This document shows positions 20,555 to 30,983 of a stretch of DNA of 64,000 nt, piece after piece. The position numbers were made by a program, and so were the translations under genes. The DNA is taken from contig JBDIWC010000021.1 of NCBI GenBank assembly GCA_039794085.1, positions 1 to 64,000 of the forward strand, written 5' to 3'. Position 1 is the stretch's first letter, and the number at the start of each line of letters is the position of its first letter. The notes below the pieces were generated by a model. That model was not told the origin of the DNA. It saw only the letters and a program-made list of their open reading frames with translations, and made no database searches. The DNA is from Gemmatimonadales bacterium (GTDB taxonomy: Bacteria; Gemmatimonadota; Gemmatimonadetes; Gemmatimonadales; GWC2-71-9).

Positions 20555-20935
20555 CACCACAGAGAACGCGAAAGTCGTGGAGGGTCTCCGCGTGATTCCC
20601 GTTGCTCCACGCTTTGCGCGCCAAGAGTCGGATTTTGTTTTTGGGGTGGTGGGGCCCCCTCATTGCCAATGCCCGCCATGCGAGACGGGGTGCGTGTCGT
20701 GCATACCGTCAACCCTCCGCGTCCTCCGCGCCCTCTGCGGTTCAATCCGGGTGGGGTGGGGTCACCACAGAGGCCGCGGAGGACACGGAGGGTCTCCGCG
20801 TGATTCCCGTTGCTCCACGCTTTGCGCGCCAAGAGTCGGATTTTGTTTTTGGGGTGGTGGGGCCCCCTCATTGCCGATGCCCGCCATCCGAGACGGGAGG
20901 GTTCAATCCGGGGTGGGGAGGGGGAACCACAGAGT
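20555..20935. repeat. Tandem duplication with a period of about 208 bp
   Basis: Near-identical block of about 110 bp at 20580 and 20788, plus a partial third copy at about 20900. Confidence 0.9.
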
Positions 20936-21029
20936 CATCGAAGGCGGAATGGTGCTGTTGTCGTGGCCCGGAGCCCGCCTGTTGCGGATTGGCGATCATG
21001 CATTAGCTTGGGTCTTGCAGTGACATTTG

Positions 21030-21200
21030 CGCGCTGGTCCTCCGGAATCTTCGGAGGTGGAAAAGGGAACCCGGTTCAATTCCGGGGCGGCCCCGCCGCT
21101 GTAAGGGACGACAACGAGAGCAGCAGCCCACTGCAGCCATGCGCTGCGGGAAGGGGCTCTCGACGAGTGACTCCCGAGCCAGAAGACCTGCCAGACGCGT
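21030..21200 (+). ncRNA. Cobalamin riboswitch
   Basis: AAAAGGGAAcccGGTtcAATTCCgggGCgGcCCCGCcgCTGTAA ... CCACTG ... GGGAAGG ... AGCCAGAAGACCTGCC, upstream of a BtuB-like gene. Confidence 0.93.
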
Positions 21201-21392
21201 CGTACGCCCGAGCATCCCCCGTGGGAAGGGAGACGGGACACTCGTCTGGCAGGCGCCCTGGATTCCGGGGCGGTGCCGCGATGGTCGGGCCTTCGGCAGC
21301 AGTGCCGGGGGCCCGTGTGTGTTCGAGCCCTTGGCTCGACGCAGGTCTCATCTCTCCGGGGGGGTCACCATACCCCAACGCCGGAGATTCAC

Positions 21393-23384
21393 ATGCGTCA
21401 CCAGTCATACCCCCACCCTTTGGTGACCCGGGCGCTGCCCGCGGTCCTCACCCTCCTCCTCACTTCCTCGCTGCCGGCCCAGCAGACGGACACCACGCGG
21501 CTCCCGGAGATCGAGGTCACCGCGACACGACTGCGCACCCCGGCCAAGGCGCTCACCGCCACCGTCACCACCATTCCGGGGACCACGCTGCAGGAGCGGG
21601 GAATCCGGTTCGTGTCCGATGCCCTGCGGGATGTGGCCGGGGTGATGGTGGTGCGCACCTCCTCCTTCGGCAGCGTGACCTCCCTCTTTCTCCGGGGCGG
21701 AGAGAGCGACTTCGTCAAGGTTCTGGTCGATGGGGTGCCGGTCAATCTGTCGGGTGGCAGCTTCGATTGGGCGAGCCTCACGACAGACAACATCGAGCGG
21801 ATCGAGGTGCTCCGCGGCCCCGGGAGTGTCCTGTACGGTTCGGACGCCATGAGCGGTGTGGTGCAGATCTTCACGAAGCGGGGCGGCGGGCCGGTGCGCG
21901 GGTCGGTCGGGGGAGAGGGGGGAACCTTCGACAGCCGGACGGTGCGGGGGAGCGCCGAGGGAGGCAACTTTTCGTTTGGCGGGTCCCGCACCGTGACCGA
22001 CGGGATCTTTGATTTCAACAACCGCTACCGCAACGCCACCGCCAGTGCGGCGTGGCGGGGCAGCGTGGCGGGCACGTCGGCGCGGCTCACGGCCCGGTAC
22101 ACCGACGCGGAGAACCGGTTCCCCACCGATTTTGCGGGGGTGCCGGTCGACAGCAACCAGTTCGGAACCGAGGAGCGGCTGGCGGTGGCCGCCGACCTGG
22201 GCCGTTCGCTCGGTCAGTCGGCCGAGGCCCGGCTCCTCCTCGCCGGGAGCTTCGCCACCATCGGGGCCGCGAACGACCCCGATTTCCCCGGGGACTCGGT
22301 CGGTTTCGGCTTCCGGGCCCGCCGGAACACCGATGCCTCGCGCCAGAGCGCGGACGGGCGCATCAACATGCAGATAGGTACTGCGGGAGACGGGGGAGGG
22401 CGCGCCACCCTCACTCTCGGTGCCGCGGTGGAGCGGGAGCACGAGGAGACCGAGTCGAGCACCACGTCGAACTTCGGCGACGGTGTCTTCACCGACACCT
22501 CCACCTTTGAAGAAACCCGGACCACCACCAGCGCCTACGCCCAGGTGGTGGCCGAGCCGGTGCGGGGGCTCGGGTTTCAGGGAGGAGTGCGCCTCGATGA
22601 CAACAACGCCTTTGGCACCTTCGTCACCGCGCGAGCCGGGGTGACGGCTGCTCTCTTCCCCTCGACCCGGCTCCGGGCGTCGGCGGGAACCGCCTTCAAG
22701 GCCCCGACCTTCGCCGAGCTCTTTGCCCGGACCCCGTTTGAGATCGGGAATCCGGACCTCGATCCGGAGCGATCCCAGAGCGTCGAGGTGGGACTCAACC
22801 AGACGGTGGGAACCTGGCTCACGCTGGACGTGGCGGCCTTTACCCAGCGGTTTACCGATCTGATCCAGTTCCAGTTCACCTCGCCCGACGTGCCTACCTA
22901 TTTCAACCTGGGCAGGGCCCGTGCCTTGGGTGTCGAGACCACGGTCGCGGTCCACCCCGCCGAGGGCGTGACTCTCGACCTGGCGTGGACCCGCCTCGGA
23001 ACCCGGGTCACCGACGCCGGGGTGTCCACGTCGCAGGTGTTTGCCGAGGAGAAGTCGCTCCTGCGGCGTCCCGCCCAGAGCGCCCGGGCGGGGTTCCGGT
23101 TGCGTGGCGGGCGGGGAGGGGTGAGCGGGAACCTGCAGGTGGTCGGCGCCCGCGACGATGTGGACTTCCGGTCCTTTCCCGAGGAGCGCGTGCGGCTGGC
23201 CCGGTATGCCTTGGTGGACCTCGCGGGAGACTGGGTGATCCTGCGACCGCGGGCGTCGGGCCTGGGCGAGGTGGTGGCGCGGGCCCGGGTCGAGAACCTG
23301 TTCGATGAGGAGTACGAAGCGGTGGTGGGGTTCCCCTCGCCGGGCCGGGCGGTGTTCGTCGGGGCCGAGCTCCGGTTCCGGTAG
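21393..23384 (+). CDS. btuB: TonB-dependent cobalamin receptor
   Basis: IEVTATR TonB-box region, IERIEVLRGPGSVLYGSDAMSGVVQI, GNPDLDPERS; controlled by the B12 riboswitch. Confidence 0.85.
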   Translation: MRHQSYPHPLVTRALPAVLTLLLTSSLPAQQTDTTRLPEIEVTATRLRTPAKALTATVTTIPGTTLQERGIRFVSDALRDVAGVMVVRTSSFGSVTSLFLRGGESDFVKVLVDGVPVNLSGGSFDWASLTTDNIERIEVLRGPGSVLYGSDAMSGVVQIFTKRGGGPVRGSVGGEGGTFDSRTVRGSAEGGNFSFGGSRTVTDGIFDFNNRYRNATASAAWRGSVAGTSARLTARYTDAENRFPTDFAGVPVDSNQFGTEERLAVAADLGRSLGQSAEARLLLAGSFATIGAANDPDFPGDSVGFGFRARRNTDASRQSADGRINMQIGTAGDGGGRATLTLGAAVEREHEETESSTTSNFGDGVFTDTSTFEETRTTTSAYAQVVAEPVRGLGFQGGVRLDDNNAFGTFVTARAGVTAALFPSTRLRASAGTAFKAPTFAELFARTPFEIGNPDLDPERSQSVEVGLNQTVGTWLTLDVAAFTQRFTDLIQFQFTSPDVPTYFNLGRARALGVETTVAVHPAEGVTLDLAWTRLGTRVTDAGVSTSQVFAEEKSLLRRPAQSARAGFRLRGGRGGVSGNLQVVGARDDVDFRSFPEERVRLARYALVDLAGDWVILRPRASGLGEVVARARVENLFDEEYEAVVGFPSPGRAVFVGAELRFR

Positions 23385-23388
23385 GGGC

Positions 23389-23469
23389 CTGTGGGTGCGC
23401 CGCTTGCGGCGCACCCGACCATGGAGTTGGGTGGTCCACGGGGTGCGCCGCAAGCGGCGCACCCACAGG
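23389..23469. repeat. Inverted pair of REP-like hairpins GTGGGTGCGCCGCTTGCGGCGCACC
   Basis: Two copies in inverted orientation; a related copy at about 50002. Confidence 0.75.
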
Positions 23470-23535
23470 ATCAGGGTTCAGCCGACAGAACCAAAACGCT
23501 TGCGACGCACTCCATGTCATGCCATAGTATCAGGC

Positions 23536-24423
23536 ATGCCAAACGCCCGTCGCCTTGCCCTGGTGCTGACCCTTTCCCTCCCGCTTCTCGGTGCCTGCCA
23601 GATCGAGGAGCGAACCCCGGCCTCGCCGCGAGGTGGAGGCGGGGGAGGGGTCGCGGCACCCATCGCGTATACGGCGCCCCACGACAGCCTCATCCCCGAC
23701 GACGAGCTCGGCCGTTCCATCCGCCGCGGGAAGGCGATCCTTCTCGCCACCGATGACAGTCTCCCGAATCACGTCGGGAGCGATCTCCGGTGCACCAGTT
23801 GCCATTTCGACGCCGGGACCCGCCTCAGCTCCATTCCATGGCTCGGCGTCTATGCCCGGTTTCCCCAGTACCGCTCCCGCAATGCCCGGATCAACTCGCT
23901 CGAAGATCGAGTGAACGGCTGCCTCCTGCGCAGCATGAACGGAGCCGCTCTCCCCGCCGGGTCGGTGGAGATGCAGGACATCGTGGCCTACATGGCCTGG
24001 ATCTCCAAGGGGGTACCCGTCGGGGCCCGGATCCAGGGGCAGGGCCTGGCCCAACTGGACCCGCTCGAGGGGGACAGCGCTCGCGGCCGGGAGGTGTTCG
24101 TGGCGAACTGCGTCCGGTGTCACGGGGCCAACGGGGAGGGGATCAAGGCGGGCACCATCGTGATCGGCGCGCCACTCTGGGGCGACAGCTCCTACAACAT
24201 AGGTGCCGGGATGGCCCGGATTCGCACGGCGGCGGCGTTCATCCGGCACAACATGCCGTTCGACCAGCCGGGAACCCTGACCGACCAGGAGGCCTTTGAT
24301 GTGGCCGCCTACATCAACTCCCAACCGCGGCCCGACTTTGCGGGGAAGGAGAACGACTGGCCCCGCGGGGATCCGCCGGTGGATGTGGCGTACCAGACCA
24401 AGGCAGGCCGGGTCACACGGTAG
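23536..24423 (+). CDS. Dihaem c-type cytochrome lipoprotein, TsdA (thiosulfate dehydrogenase)-like
   Basis: Lipobox LGAC; CTSCH and CVRCH; RVNGCLLRSMNG; GAGM and NMP motifs. Confidence 0.75.
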   Translation: MPNARRLALVLTLSLPLLGACQIEERTPASPRGGGGGGVAAPIAYTAPHDSLIPDDELGRSIRRGKAILLATDDSLPNHVGSDLRCTSCHFDAGTRLSSIPWLGVYARFPQYRSRNARINSLEDRVNGCLLRSMNGAALPAGSVEMQDIVAYMAWISKGVPVGARIQGQGLAQLDPLEGDSARGREVFVANCVRCHGANGEGIKAGTIVIGAPLWGDSSYNIGAGMARIRTAAAFIRHNMPFDQPGTLTDQEAFDVAAYINSQPRPDFAGKENDWPRGDPPVDVAYQTKAGRVTR

Positions 24424-24424
24424 C

Positions 24425-24748
24425 CGTCATCGCGAGGGAGCCCAACGTCCTGGTTCAAAAGGAGCCCCCCGACACCCGGAGTCATCCCGAGTGAACCGAG
24501 GGATCTGTGACCGCCTCCGGCTCGGGATGACTACCTCGTTCGCGAAGGGAGCCAGCCCGACACACGGAGTCATCCCGAGTGAAACGAGGGATCTGAGGAC
24601 GTCGCGGGTGAACTTCCCGTCGTCCGGAGTTCGGTCCGTCGCTGCGAGACCTGCGCCGGGGTGACGCAGCCAGCAGGAAGTGCACCTGCCACCGTCTCAG
24701 ATCCCTCGCTGACGCTCGGGATGACGCCCTCTCCATTCTCCGTCTCCG
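24425..24748. repeat. Palindromic elements GTCATCCCGAG..GAGGGATCT...AGATCCCTCG..CTCGGGATGAC plus TCTCCGT heptamers
   Basis: Related copies at 37389-37445, 37815-37842 and 50180-50235. Confidence 0.8.
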
Positions 24749-25135
24749 TTACTCACTGTTTTTCAGTCGTCTCAGGTTCCTTCGATCCTGCTTGGTGGGC
24801 TTCTGACCTCCCCAGGGGTTCGCGGCGTGGGCCGCCTTGAGTTCCGCCGCCCGCTGTTCCCGCTGCACCCTCCCCTCCGCGCTCTCCTCATACAGCGCCG
24901 CCGCCTCGGCGGGGGGGCCTCGCCTCGACGGGATGCCCTGAATCGTCACCACCCACTCGAGGGCCCCGTTCCGGATCCGAAGTTCGTCTCCCACGCCAAC
25001 GAGCCTGGACCGCCGGACCCGCTCCCCTCCCACCTGAACCCGTCCTCCATCCACCGCCTCCGCGGCGAGGGTCCGCGTCTTGTGGAAACGGGCCATCCAG
25101 AGCCACTTGTCGAGCCGGATTCGTTCCATCGTCAT
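24749..25135 (-). CDS. hslR: Ribosome-associated heat shock protein Hsp15 (S4 domain)
   Basis: RLDKWLWMARFHKTR; KPTKQDRR. Confidence 0.9.
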   Translation of the reverse strand: MTMERIRLDKWLWMARFHKTRTLAAEAVDGGRVQVGGERVRRSRLVGVGDELRIRNGALEWVVTIQGIPSRRGPPAEAAALYEESAEGRVQREQRAAELKAAHAANPWGGQKPTKQDRRNLRRLKNSE

Positions 25136-25223
25136 GGATCATCCTTGTTGGGGCACGGCGGCGCCTCGCCCCTGCTATCTTGTATCTTTCCCGGCACAGT
25201 GTCCACCCCCACCGCGAGCGCCA

Positions 25224-25814
25224 ATGTCAACCGGGGCCAGGAACACGCAGGCCATCCGTTTTCTGGGACAGGTGCTGCAGAACCCGGCGCAGGTGGGGTC
25301 GGTCACCCCTTCCTCCCGGCACCTCGCTCGGGCCATGGTGGCCGGAGTGCCCATGTCCACAGCGGGACTCGTGGTGGAATATGGACCGGGGACGGGTGCC
25401 CTCACCCGGGTCCTCGCTGATCATCTCCCGGCCACCGGACGACTGGTGGCGATGGAGACCAATCCCTCCTTCTGCCTCTTCCTGGCCCGGCACTTTCCCC
25501 AGATCCGGGTGATCGAGGATGACGCGGCGAACGCCCATATCCACCTTGCCGGAGAGCTCGGCACCGCCGATGCCATCTTCAGCGGGCTTCCCTCGTCGCT
25601 CATGAGTCCCGCTCAGCTTGCCGCCACCGTGCAGGCCACCGACCTGCTCCTCCGCCCGGGGGGGCACTTCCGGGCCTTCCTCTATCACCACACCTACTGG
25701 CTCCCCAAGATGACCTTCCTCCGCCGTCTCCTCCAGCGGAAGTTCCGCCGGGTGGATGTGGTGGCGGTCTGGGCCAACTTCCCCCCCGCCATGGTCCTGC
25801 GGTGCATCAAGTAG
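25224..25814 (+). CDS. Class I SAM-dependent methyltransferase (PmtA-like phospholipid N-methyltransferase family)
   Basis: VGSVTPSSRHLA, VVEYGPGTG, SGLP, NFPPA. Confidence 0.8.
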   Translation: MSTGARNTQAIRFLGQVLQNPAQVGSVTPSSRHLARAMVAGVPMSTAGLVVEYGPGTGALTRVLADHLPATGRLVAMETNPSFCLFLARHFPQIRVIEDDAANAHIHLAGELGTADAIFSGLPSSLMSPAQLAATVQATDLLLRPGGHFRAFLYHHTYWLPKMTFLRRLLQRKFRRVDVVAVWANFPPAMVLRCIK

Positions 25815-27619
25815 GGGCGAATTCCCCTTCGCCCCCACTGTCTCCGCGGGCCGTGCGGTGTCTCCTGCTGAATCTCGTCCTTCACGCCCTGCTGCTCGGC
25901 GTTGCCGCGCCCTCCATGGTCCGGGTGATCCGCGCCGATGGCGGAACCGCGCCCGAGTACGCGATGTACGCGTTCTACGGCGCGGTCCTCCTCCTCGGGA
26001 TCTACCTGTTGCTTTTCCTTCTCGCCACGGCCGCTCGCCGGGTGGCGGGTGACCTCGGCGAGATGATGACCCTCATCGCCGGGCTGACCCTGGCGCTCCT
26101 CGCCCTGGTGGCCGATCTCGGAACCTTTCTCTCCTTTGGTCTTCATCCCTACGGGGAGGTCACCTGGGCCGCCATCGGGACCGCCGACATCGCGCACGTC
26201 CCCGCATGGTTCTTTCTCGCCCTGGCCGCGGGAATCCTCCTCGGGGCCGGGATCGTGTCGGTCACCTGGTGGCTGGCGCGGGGGCACCGATGGTTGGCCA
26301 CGGTGAGGCCCGCCCGGGTGGGGTGGCGTCTTGGAGTGTATTTCGCGGTGGGGCTCCCGGTCTTCCTCTGGATCGACCGTCCCGAAGCCGAGAACCTCAT
26401 TCCGCGCGCGGCCCTTCCCCTGTACGGGCTCTGGCTCGCTCCCACCCGCGATTTCGCCGAACTCCGCCCCGCCCTCCCCCTGCCGGACGAGAACGCGCTC
26501 CCGATGCCGGTCCGGCGTCCCGACCTGATCGTGGTGATGGCCGAATCGCTCCGGTGGGACATGCTGACCCCCGACCGGATGCCTCGTCTGACCGCCCTCG
26601 CGAAACGCCATGGCTGCACCGTGGCCGAGCGCCATTACGCGGGGGGGCACCTCACCCAGTATGGCACCTTTTCGCTGCTGTATGGTCTCGATGCGGACAT
26701 GTTCCTCCCCTGGATGCTGGCCCGCCGCCCGTCGATGCCGCTGGCCCTTCTCCGCCAGGCCGGATACCGGCTCGAGGGATTCGACGCGACGGGGGTGCTG
26801 ACCTACATCACACCCCCGCTGGTTCCCACCCAGTTCGACAGGTATGACATGATTCTCGGCGCCGATTCGGTGGTCGTGGATCACCTGTTGGCGCCACCCC
26901 TGGTCGCACAGAACGACACGGAATCCCGGGATCCGCTTTTCCGGTTTGGATTCCTTTATTCCACGCACGCTCCCTATCTCTATCCGCCGGAGTTCGGGAC
27001 CCTGGCCGCCTCGACGGACCGAACCGGGTTGCTCAACCGATATTACAACGCGACGGCGTGGGTGGATCATCTGATCGGACGCCTCGCCGACAGTCTCGAC
27101 GATCGGCTGGGGGAGGGATCGGTGGGGCTCGTAATCGCCGGGGATCATGGGGAGGAGTTCCTGGAGTTCGGCTTGTATGGGCACGCCTCGGTCCACTTCC
27201 AGGATGTCCGGACCCGGGTTCCCCTGGTGCTCTGTCTTCCGGGCAGGGAACCGGCTCACTCGACCGGGATCACGCGCCATGCGGACATCTTTCCGACGCT
27301 CTTCGACTGGATGGGTGTCGATTCCGCCGTCTCCCGGTTCCTGAGTGGCCGGTCCCTCTTCGATACGACCTCCTCACCGGGGGTCGTCCTGGTGGCCGGG
27401 TCGGGCTACCCGGTCCGCGCTTCCGGCTTTGCGTTGATCACTCCCCGGTACAAATTCTGGCTGGAGTCCCGCGATCCCACCCTTCGGCAGGTGACACTGC
27501 TTCGAGTGACCGACACCGCGGACCGGCCGGTGGCTCCCGGGACGGACATCGAAGCGACCCTGGAGCGGGCGCTCGATGAGATCCGCCGCACCCGTCCCCG
27601 CTTCCTTCAGGCCAACTGA
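25802..27619 (+). CDS. Membrane-anchored sulfatase/alkaline-phosphatase superfamily protein (YejM/LTA-synthase-like); start uncertain, GTG 25853 possible
   Basis: About five N-terminal TM segments; ESLRWD, T.YG.FSLLYG, GDHGEEF, HADIFPTL. Confidence 0.7.
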   Translation: MHQVGANSPSPPLSPRAVRCLLLNLVLHALLLGVAAPSMVRVIRADGGTAPEYAMYAFYGAVLLLGIYLLLFLLATAARRVAGDLGEMMTLIAGLTLALLALVADLGTFLSFGLHPYGEVTWAAIGTADIAHVPAWFFLALAAGILLGAGIVSVTWWLARGHRWLATVRPARVGWRLGVYFAVGLPVFLWIDRPEAENLIPRAALPLYGLWLAPTRDFAELRPALPLPDENALPMPVRRPDLIVVMAESLRWDMLTPDRMPRLTALAKRHGCTVAERHYAGGHLTQYGTFSLLYGLDADMFLPWMLARRPSMPLALLRQAGYRLEGFDATGVLTYITPPLVPTQFDRYDMILGADSVVVDHLLAPPLVAQNDTESRDPLFRFGFLYSTHAPYLYPPEFGTLAASTDRTGLLNRYYNATAWVDHLIGRLADSLDDRLGEGSVGLVIAGDHGEEFLEFGLYGHASVHFQDVRTRVPLVLCLPGREPAHSTGITRHADIFPTLFDWMGVDSAVSRFLSGRSLFDTTSSPGVVLVAGSGYPVRASGFALITPRYKFWLESRDPTLRQVTLLRVTDTADRPVAPGTDIEATLERALDEIRRTRPRFLQAN

Positions 27620-27631
27620 CCCCGGGACCCG

Positions 27632-29329
27632 ATGACCTCACCTTCCTCCGCCCGCCGTTCGCGGCCCACCCCCGAAGGGATGCGTGCCATGAGCGCCGTC
27701 GCTCCCCTCGGGCGAAGCGCCCTGCTGCAGCGGGTCGTGGCGGGCCGCCTCCTCCTGGCCATCGCCGCCCTCGCCTGGGCCAGTCTGATCTGGGTGGAAC
27801 GTCCCGACACCGCCTTCATCCTGACCGCCATCGTGCTGGTGGCCGTCACCCTGTCGGGGTACGCGGGCCATGCCATCCTGGTGCGCCGGGTGGTCCCGGG
27901 GGACGTCATGGTCCTGGCCCAGGCCGCCGTCGATCTTCTCCTCGTGCTGGCGCTGGTCCATTACGGCGGGCCCGCCGCCTCGGCGCTCGCGGCTCTGCTG
28001 GTCGTGGTCGTGGCGGTCTATGCGCTCCTCCTTCCCGGCCTCCGGGGTGTCATCGTCGCACTGTCCGGGGCGCTCCTCTACGTGGCGGACACCCTCTGGG
28101 GAGGAAACGGAATCCCCCCGACCGTGCTGGGCGGACAGCTCGTCGTCTTTGCCTTCGTGTACCTCGTCGTGTGGGTCCTTGCCCGTCGCCTGCGCAACGC
28201 GGCCGATGTCCAGTACCGGCTCTCGTCCGAGCTCCGGCGGGTCCGGCTCGAGGCGGACGAGATCCTCCGGAACATCCGCACCGGGGTCATGACGGTGGAT
28301 GCCCGGGGACGGCTCGCCTTCATCAACCCCACCGGAGCCCGTCTCCTGCAGCTCACGCCCGATCGTCATGTGGGCGAGCCGATCATGGAGTGCCTCCGGA
28401 CCCGCTCGTCCGAACTTCACGAGGCGATCCGCTCCGGGTTGGACCAGCGGCGCCGGGTGAGCCGGGGGGAAGGGGAGGTTCTGCGCACCGACGGTTCCTC
28501 GTTTCCGATCGGCCTCAGCACCACCACCTTCGAGCGCCAGCTCGAATCGGGACCCGCGGTGACCGCCATCTTCACCGACATCTCCGAAACCCGGCATCTG
28601 CAGGAACTGCGGATGCGCGCCGAGCGACTGGAATCGGTCGCGGCGCTCAGTGCGGCGCTGGCCCACGAGATCCGGAACCCCCTCGCGGCGATCCGGAGTT
28701 CTGTGGAACAGATCGCCCGTTCCTCCCGGGCCGACGACGACGACCGCCTTCTCGGACGCCTGATCGTGCGGGAAAGCGACCGGTTGAGCCGCCTTCTCAG
28801 CGAGTTCCTCGACTTCTCGCGGGTCCGGGCCACGCGGGTGACCTCCGTGGATCTCCACGCCGTGGCCACCGAGGCGGTGAACCTGGTCCGGGCCCATCCC
28901 GACTGCGGAGCCGGGGTGCGACTCACGGTCAATGGCCAGCGCACTCTGCTCGATGCCGACGAGGATCTCCTCCACCGGGTGGTGGCGAACCTGGTCCTGA
29001 ACGCCGTGCAGGCCTGCAATGGATCGGGTGCGATCCAGGTGACGGTGGACGTGCCCCCGCTGGACACGCTGCCCAGGGGCCACGATTTCGAGCTGCCGGT
29101 CCGCCTGCGGGTGGAGGACAACGGGCCCGGCATCAACGCCGAGGTCCGGGATCGTCTCTTCCAGCCCTTTGTGTCGGGGCGACCGGGAGGGAGCGGGCTC
29201 GGTCTCGCGATCGTCCAGCGCGCGGTGGAGGCCCACCGGGGGCTCGTCATGGTCGATTCGGAGCCCGGGACCGGCACCGTCTTCACTATATTGCTGCATT
29301 CCAAGTCACGGACGGAGGAACTGGCATGA
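27632..29329 (+). CDS. pilS: PilS-like PAS sensor histidine kinase
   Basis: TM region, PAS, AHEIRNPLA, NLVLNA, DNGPGI, GSGLGL; paired with an NtrC-type regulator near pilA. Confidence 0.8.
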   Translation: MTSPSSARRSRPTPEGMRAMSAVAPLGRSALLQRVVAGRLLLAIAALAWASLIWVERPDTAFILTAIVLVAVTLSGYAGHAILVRRVVPGDVMVLAQAAVDLLLVLALVHYGGPAASALAALLVVVVAVYALLLPGLRGVIVALSGALLYVADTLWGGNGIPPTVLGGQLVVFAFVYLVVWVLARRLRNAADVQYRLSSELRRVRLEADEILRNIRTGVMTVDARGRLAFINPTGARLLQLTPDRHVGEPIMECLRTRSSELHEAIRSGLDQRRRVSRGEGEVLRTDGSSFPIGLSTTTFERQLESGPAVTAIFTDISETRHLQELRMRAERLESVAALSAALAHEIRNPLAAIRSSVEQIARSSRADDDDRLLGRLIVRESDRLSRLLSEFLDFSRVRATRVTSVDLHAVATEAVNLVRAHPDCGAGVRLTVNGQRTLLDADEDLLHRVVANLVLNAVQACNGSGAIQVTVDVPPLDTLPRGHDFELPVRLRVEDNGPGINAEVRDRLFQPFVSGRPGGSGLGLAIVQRAVEAHRGLVMVDSEPGTGTVFTILLHSKSRTEELA

Positions 29330-30735
29330 CCCAGAAGCCATCGGTGCTGGTGGTGGATGACGAATCGAGCATTCTCGACACGCTGCGGATTCTGCTCCGC
29401 AAGGAGGGGTTCGAAGTCACCACGGCGCAGGGGGGCAAGGCGGGCTTGGAACAGATCCGTTCCGGCAATCACGACATCGTCCTCACCGATGTCCGGATGC
29501 CGCAGGTGACGGGACTCGATGTCCTGCAGGCCGCCAAGGAACAGGATTCGATGACACCGGTCATTCTCATGACCGCCCAGGCGTCCCTGCAGAGCGCCGT
29601 CGCCGCGGTCAACGCCGGTGCCTTCTACTACATCCAGAAGCCGTTCTCCAATGACGAGCTCCTGGTCATTCTCCGCCGGGCCTGCGAGTTTCGCCACATC
29701 CGGGTGGAGAACAAGCTTCTCAAACAGGACTTCCGGCGCCGGGAAAGTGTCACGGTCAACCGGCCGATCGGCAAGTCGAAGCGCTTTCTCGAGGTCCTCA
29801 AGCTCGCCGACCTGGTGGCGCCGAGTGGGTCCACCCTCCTGATCCAGGGAGAGAGCGGAACCGGCAAGGAGGTTATTGCCCGGTACGTGCACAATCTCTC
29901 TCCCCGGGCCGACGGTCCCTTCCTCTCCATCAACTGCGGAGCGCTGCCGGAAAACCTCCTGGAGAGCGAACTCTTCGGCCACGTGAAGGGGAGCTTCACC
30001 GGGGCGGTCCGCGACAAGCAGGGTCTCTTCGCCGCGGCCCGGGGCGGCACCTTTTTTCTCGACGAGGTGGGGGAGATGCCTCCCTCCCTCCAGATCAAGC
30101 TCCTCCGGGTGCTGCAGGAGCGCGAGGTCATTCCGGTGGGGGCCACCGAGACCATTCCGGTGGATGTGCGAATCATCGCGGCCACCAACCGGGAGCTCGA
30201 GGAGGAAGTCCGCCGGGGGAACTTCCGGTCCGATCTCTTCTACCGGCTCAATGTGATCGCGCTGGAGCTTCCCCCGCTGCGGGATCGGCGCGAGGACCTC
30301 ATCCTGTTGATCGATGCGTTTCTCCAGGATCTGGCCACCGAACGGGAGAGTCCGGTGCGGGCGCTGTCGTCGGACACGATGGATGCGATGATGGTGTACG
30401 AATGGCCGGGCAACGTGCGGGAGCTGCAGAATGCCCTGGAGCACGCGGTGGTCCTCTCCAAGGGACCGTTGATCGAACCGGGCGCCCTGCCGGAGCGGAT
30501 CACCCGGCGGCGGAAGGAGCCGCTGGTGGCGGACCGGGCCACGCCGAACCCGGCTCTGGAGGTGATCGAGCGGGCCTACATCATGTGGGTGCTGCAGGCC
30601 GAGGGGGGGAACAAGACCCGGGCGGCGGAGGTGTTGGGGATCGACCCGTCGACGCTGTACCGGAAGCTGAGCCGTTACGAAGAGGCGGGGGGAACCCCGG
30701 CCCCGGCCGCGGGGACCCCGGTGGCGGCGTCGTAA
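29326..30735 (+). CDS. pilR: PilR-like sigma54-dependent response regulator
   Basis: REC domain, GESGTGKE, GSFTGA, FLDEVGE, FRSDLFYRL, Fis HTH. Confidence 0.8.
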   Translation: MTQKPSVLVVDDESSILDTLRILLRKEGFEVTTAQGGKAGLEQIRSGNHDIVLTDVRMPQVTGLDVLQAAKEQDSMTPVILMTAQASLQSAVAAVNAGAFYYIQKPFSNDELLVILRRACEFRHIRVENKLLKQDFRRRESVTVNRPIGKSKRFLEVLKLADLVAPSGSTLLIQGESGTGKEVIARYVHNLSPRADGPFLSINCGALPENLLESELFGHVKGSFTGAVRDKQGLFAAARGGTFFLDEVGEMPPSLQIKLLRVLQEREVIPVGATETIPVDVRIIAATNRELEEEVRRGNFRSDLFYRLNVIALELPPLRDRREDLILLIDAFLQDLATERESPVRALSSDTMDAMMVYEWPGNVRELQNALEHAVVLSKGPLIEPGALPERITRRRKEPLVADRATPNPALEVIERAYIMWVLQAEGGNKTRAAEVLGIDPSTLYRKLSRYEEAGGTPAPAAGTPVAAS

Positions 30736-30737
30736 GG

Positions 30738-30862
30738 CAATGAACAATGATCGATGAAACTGTCATCGCGAGGCGCCGAACGGCGCCGTGGCGATCTCGT
30801 GAACGGAGGGTCCGGCGGAGTGGGATGGTCGGCCTTCACGCCTGAGCCCCGGCGGTGGGGGC
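30738..30862. repeat. TGAACAA-type heptamers plus a partial TGTCATCGCGAGG element
   Basis: Matches 34843-34975. Confidence 0.75.
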
Positions 30863-30983
30863 ATATGACCCCGTCACCGGGATCCGTAGGCTTCCCGCTG
30901 GCGCCTCCCCCTCGTCCGCCTTAGACTCCTGCAATGCCGACAGTGGCCCCGCGGGCTCTCTCGGTTCTTCTCTTACCTGACTG

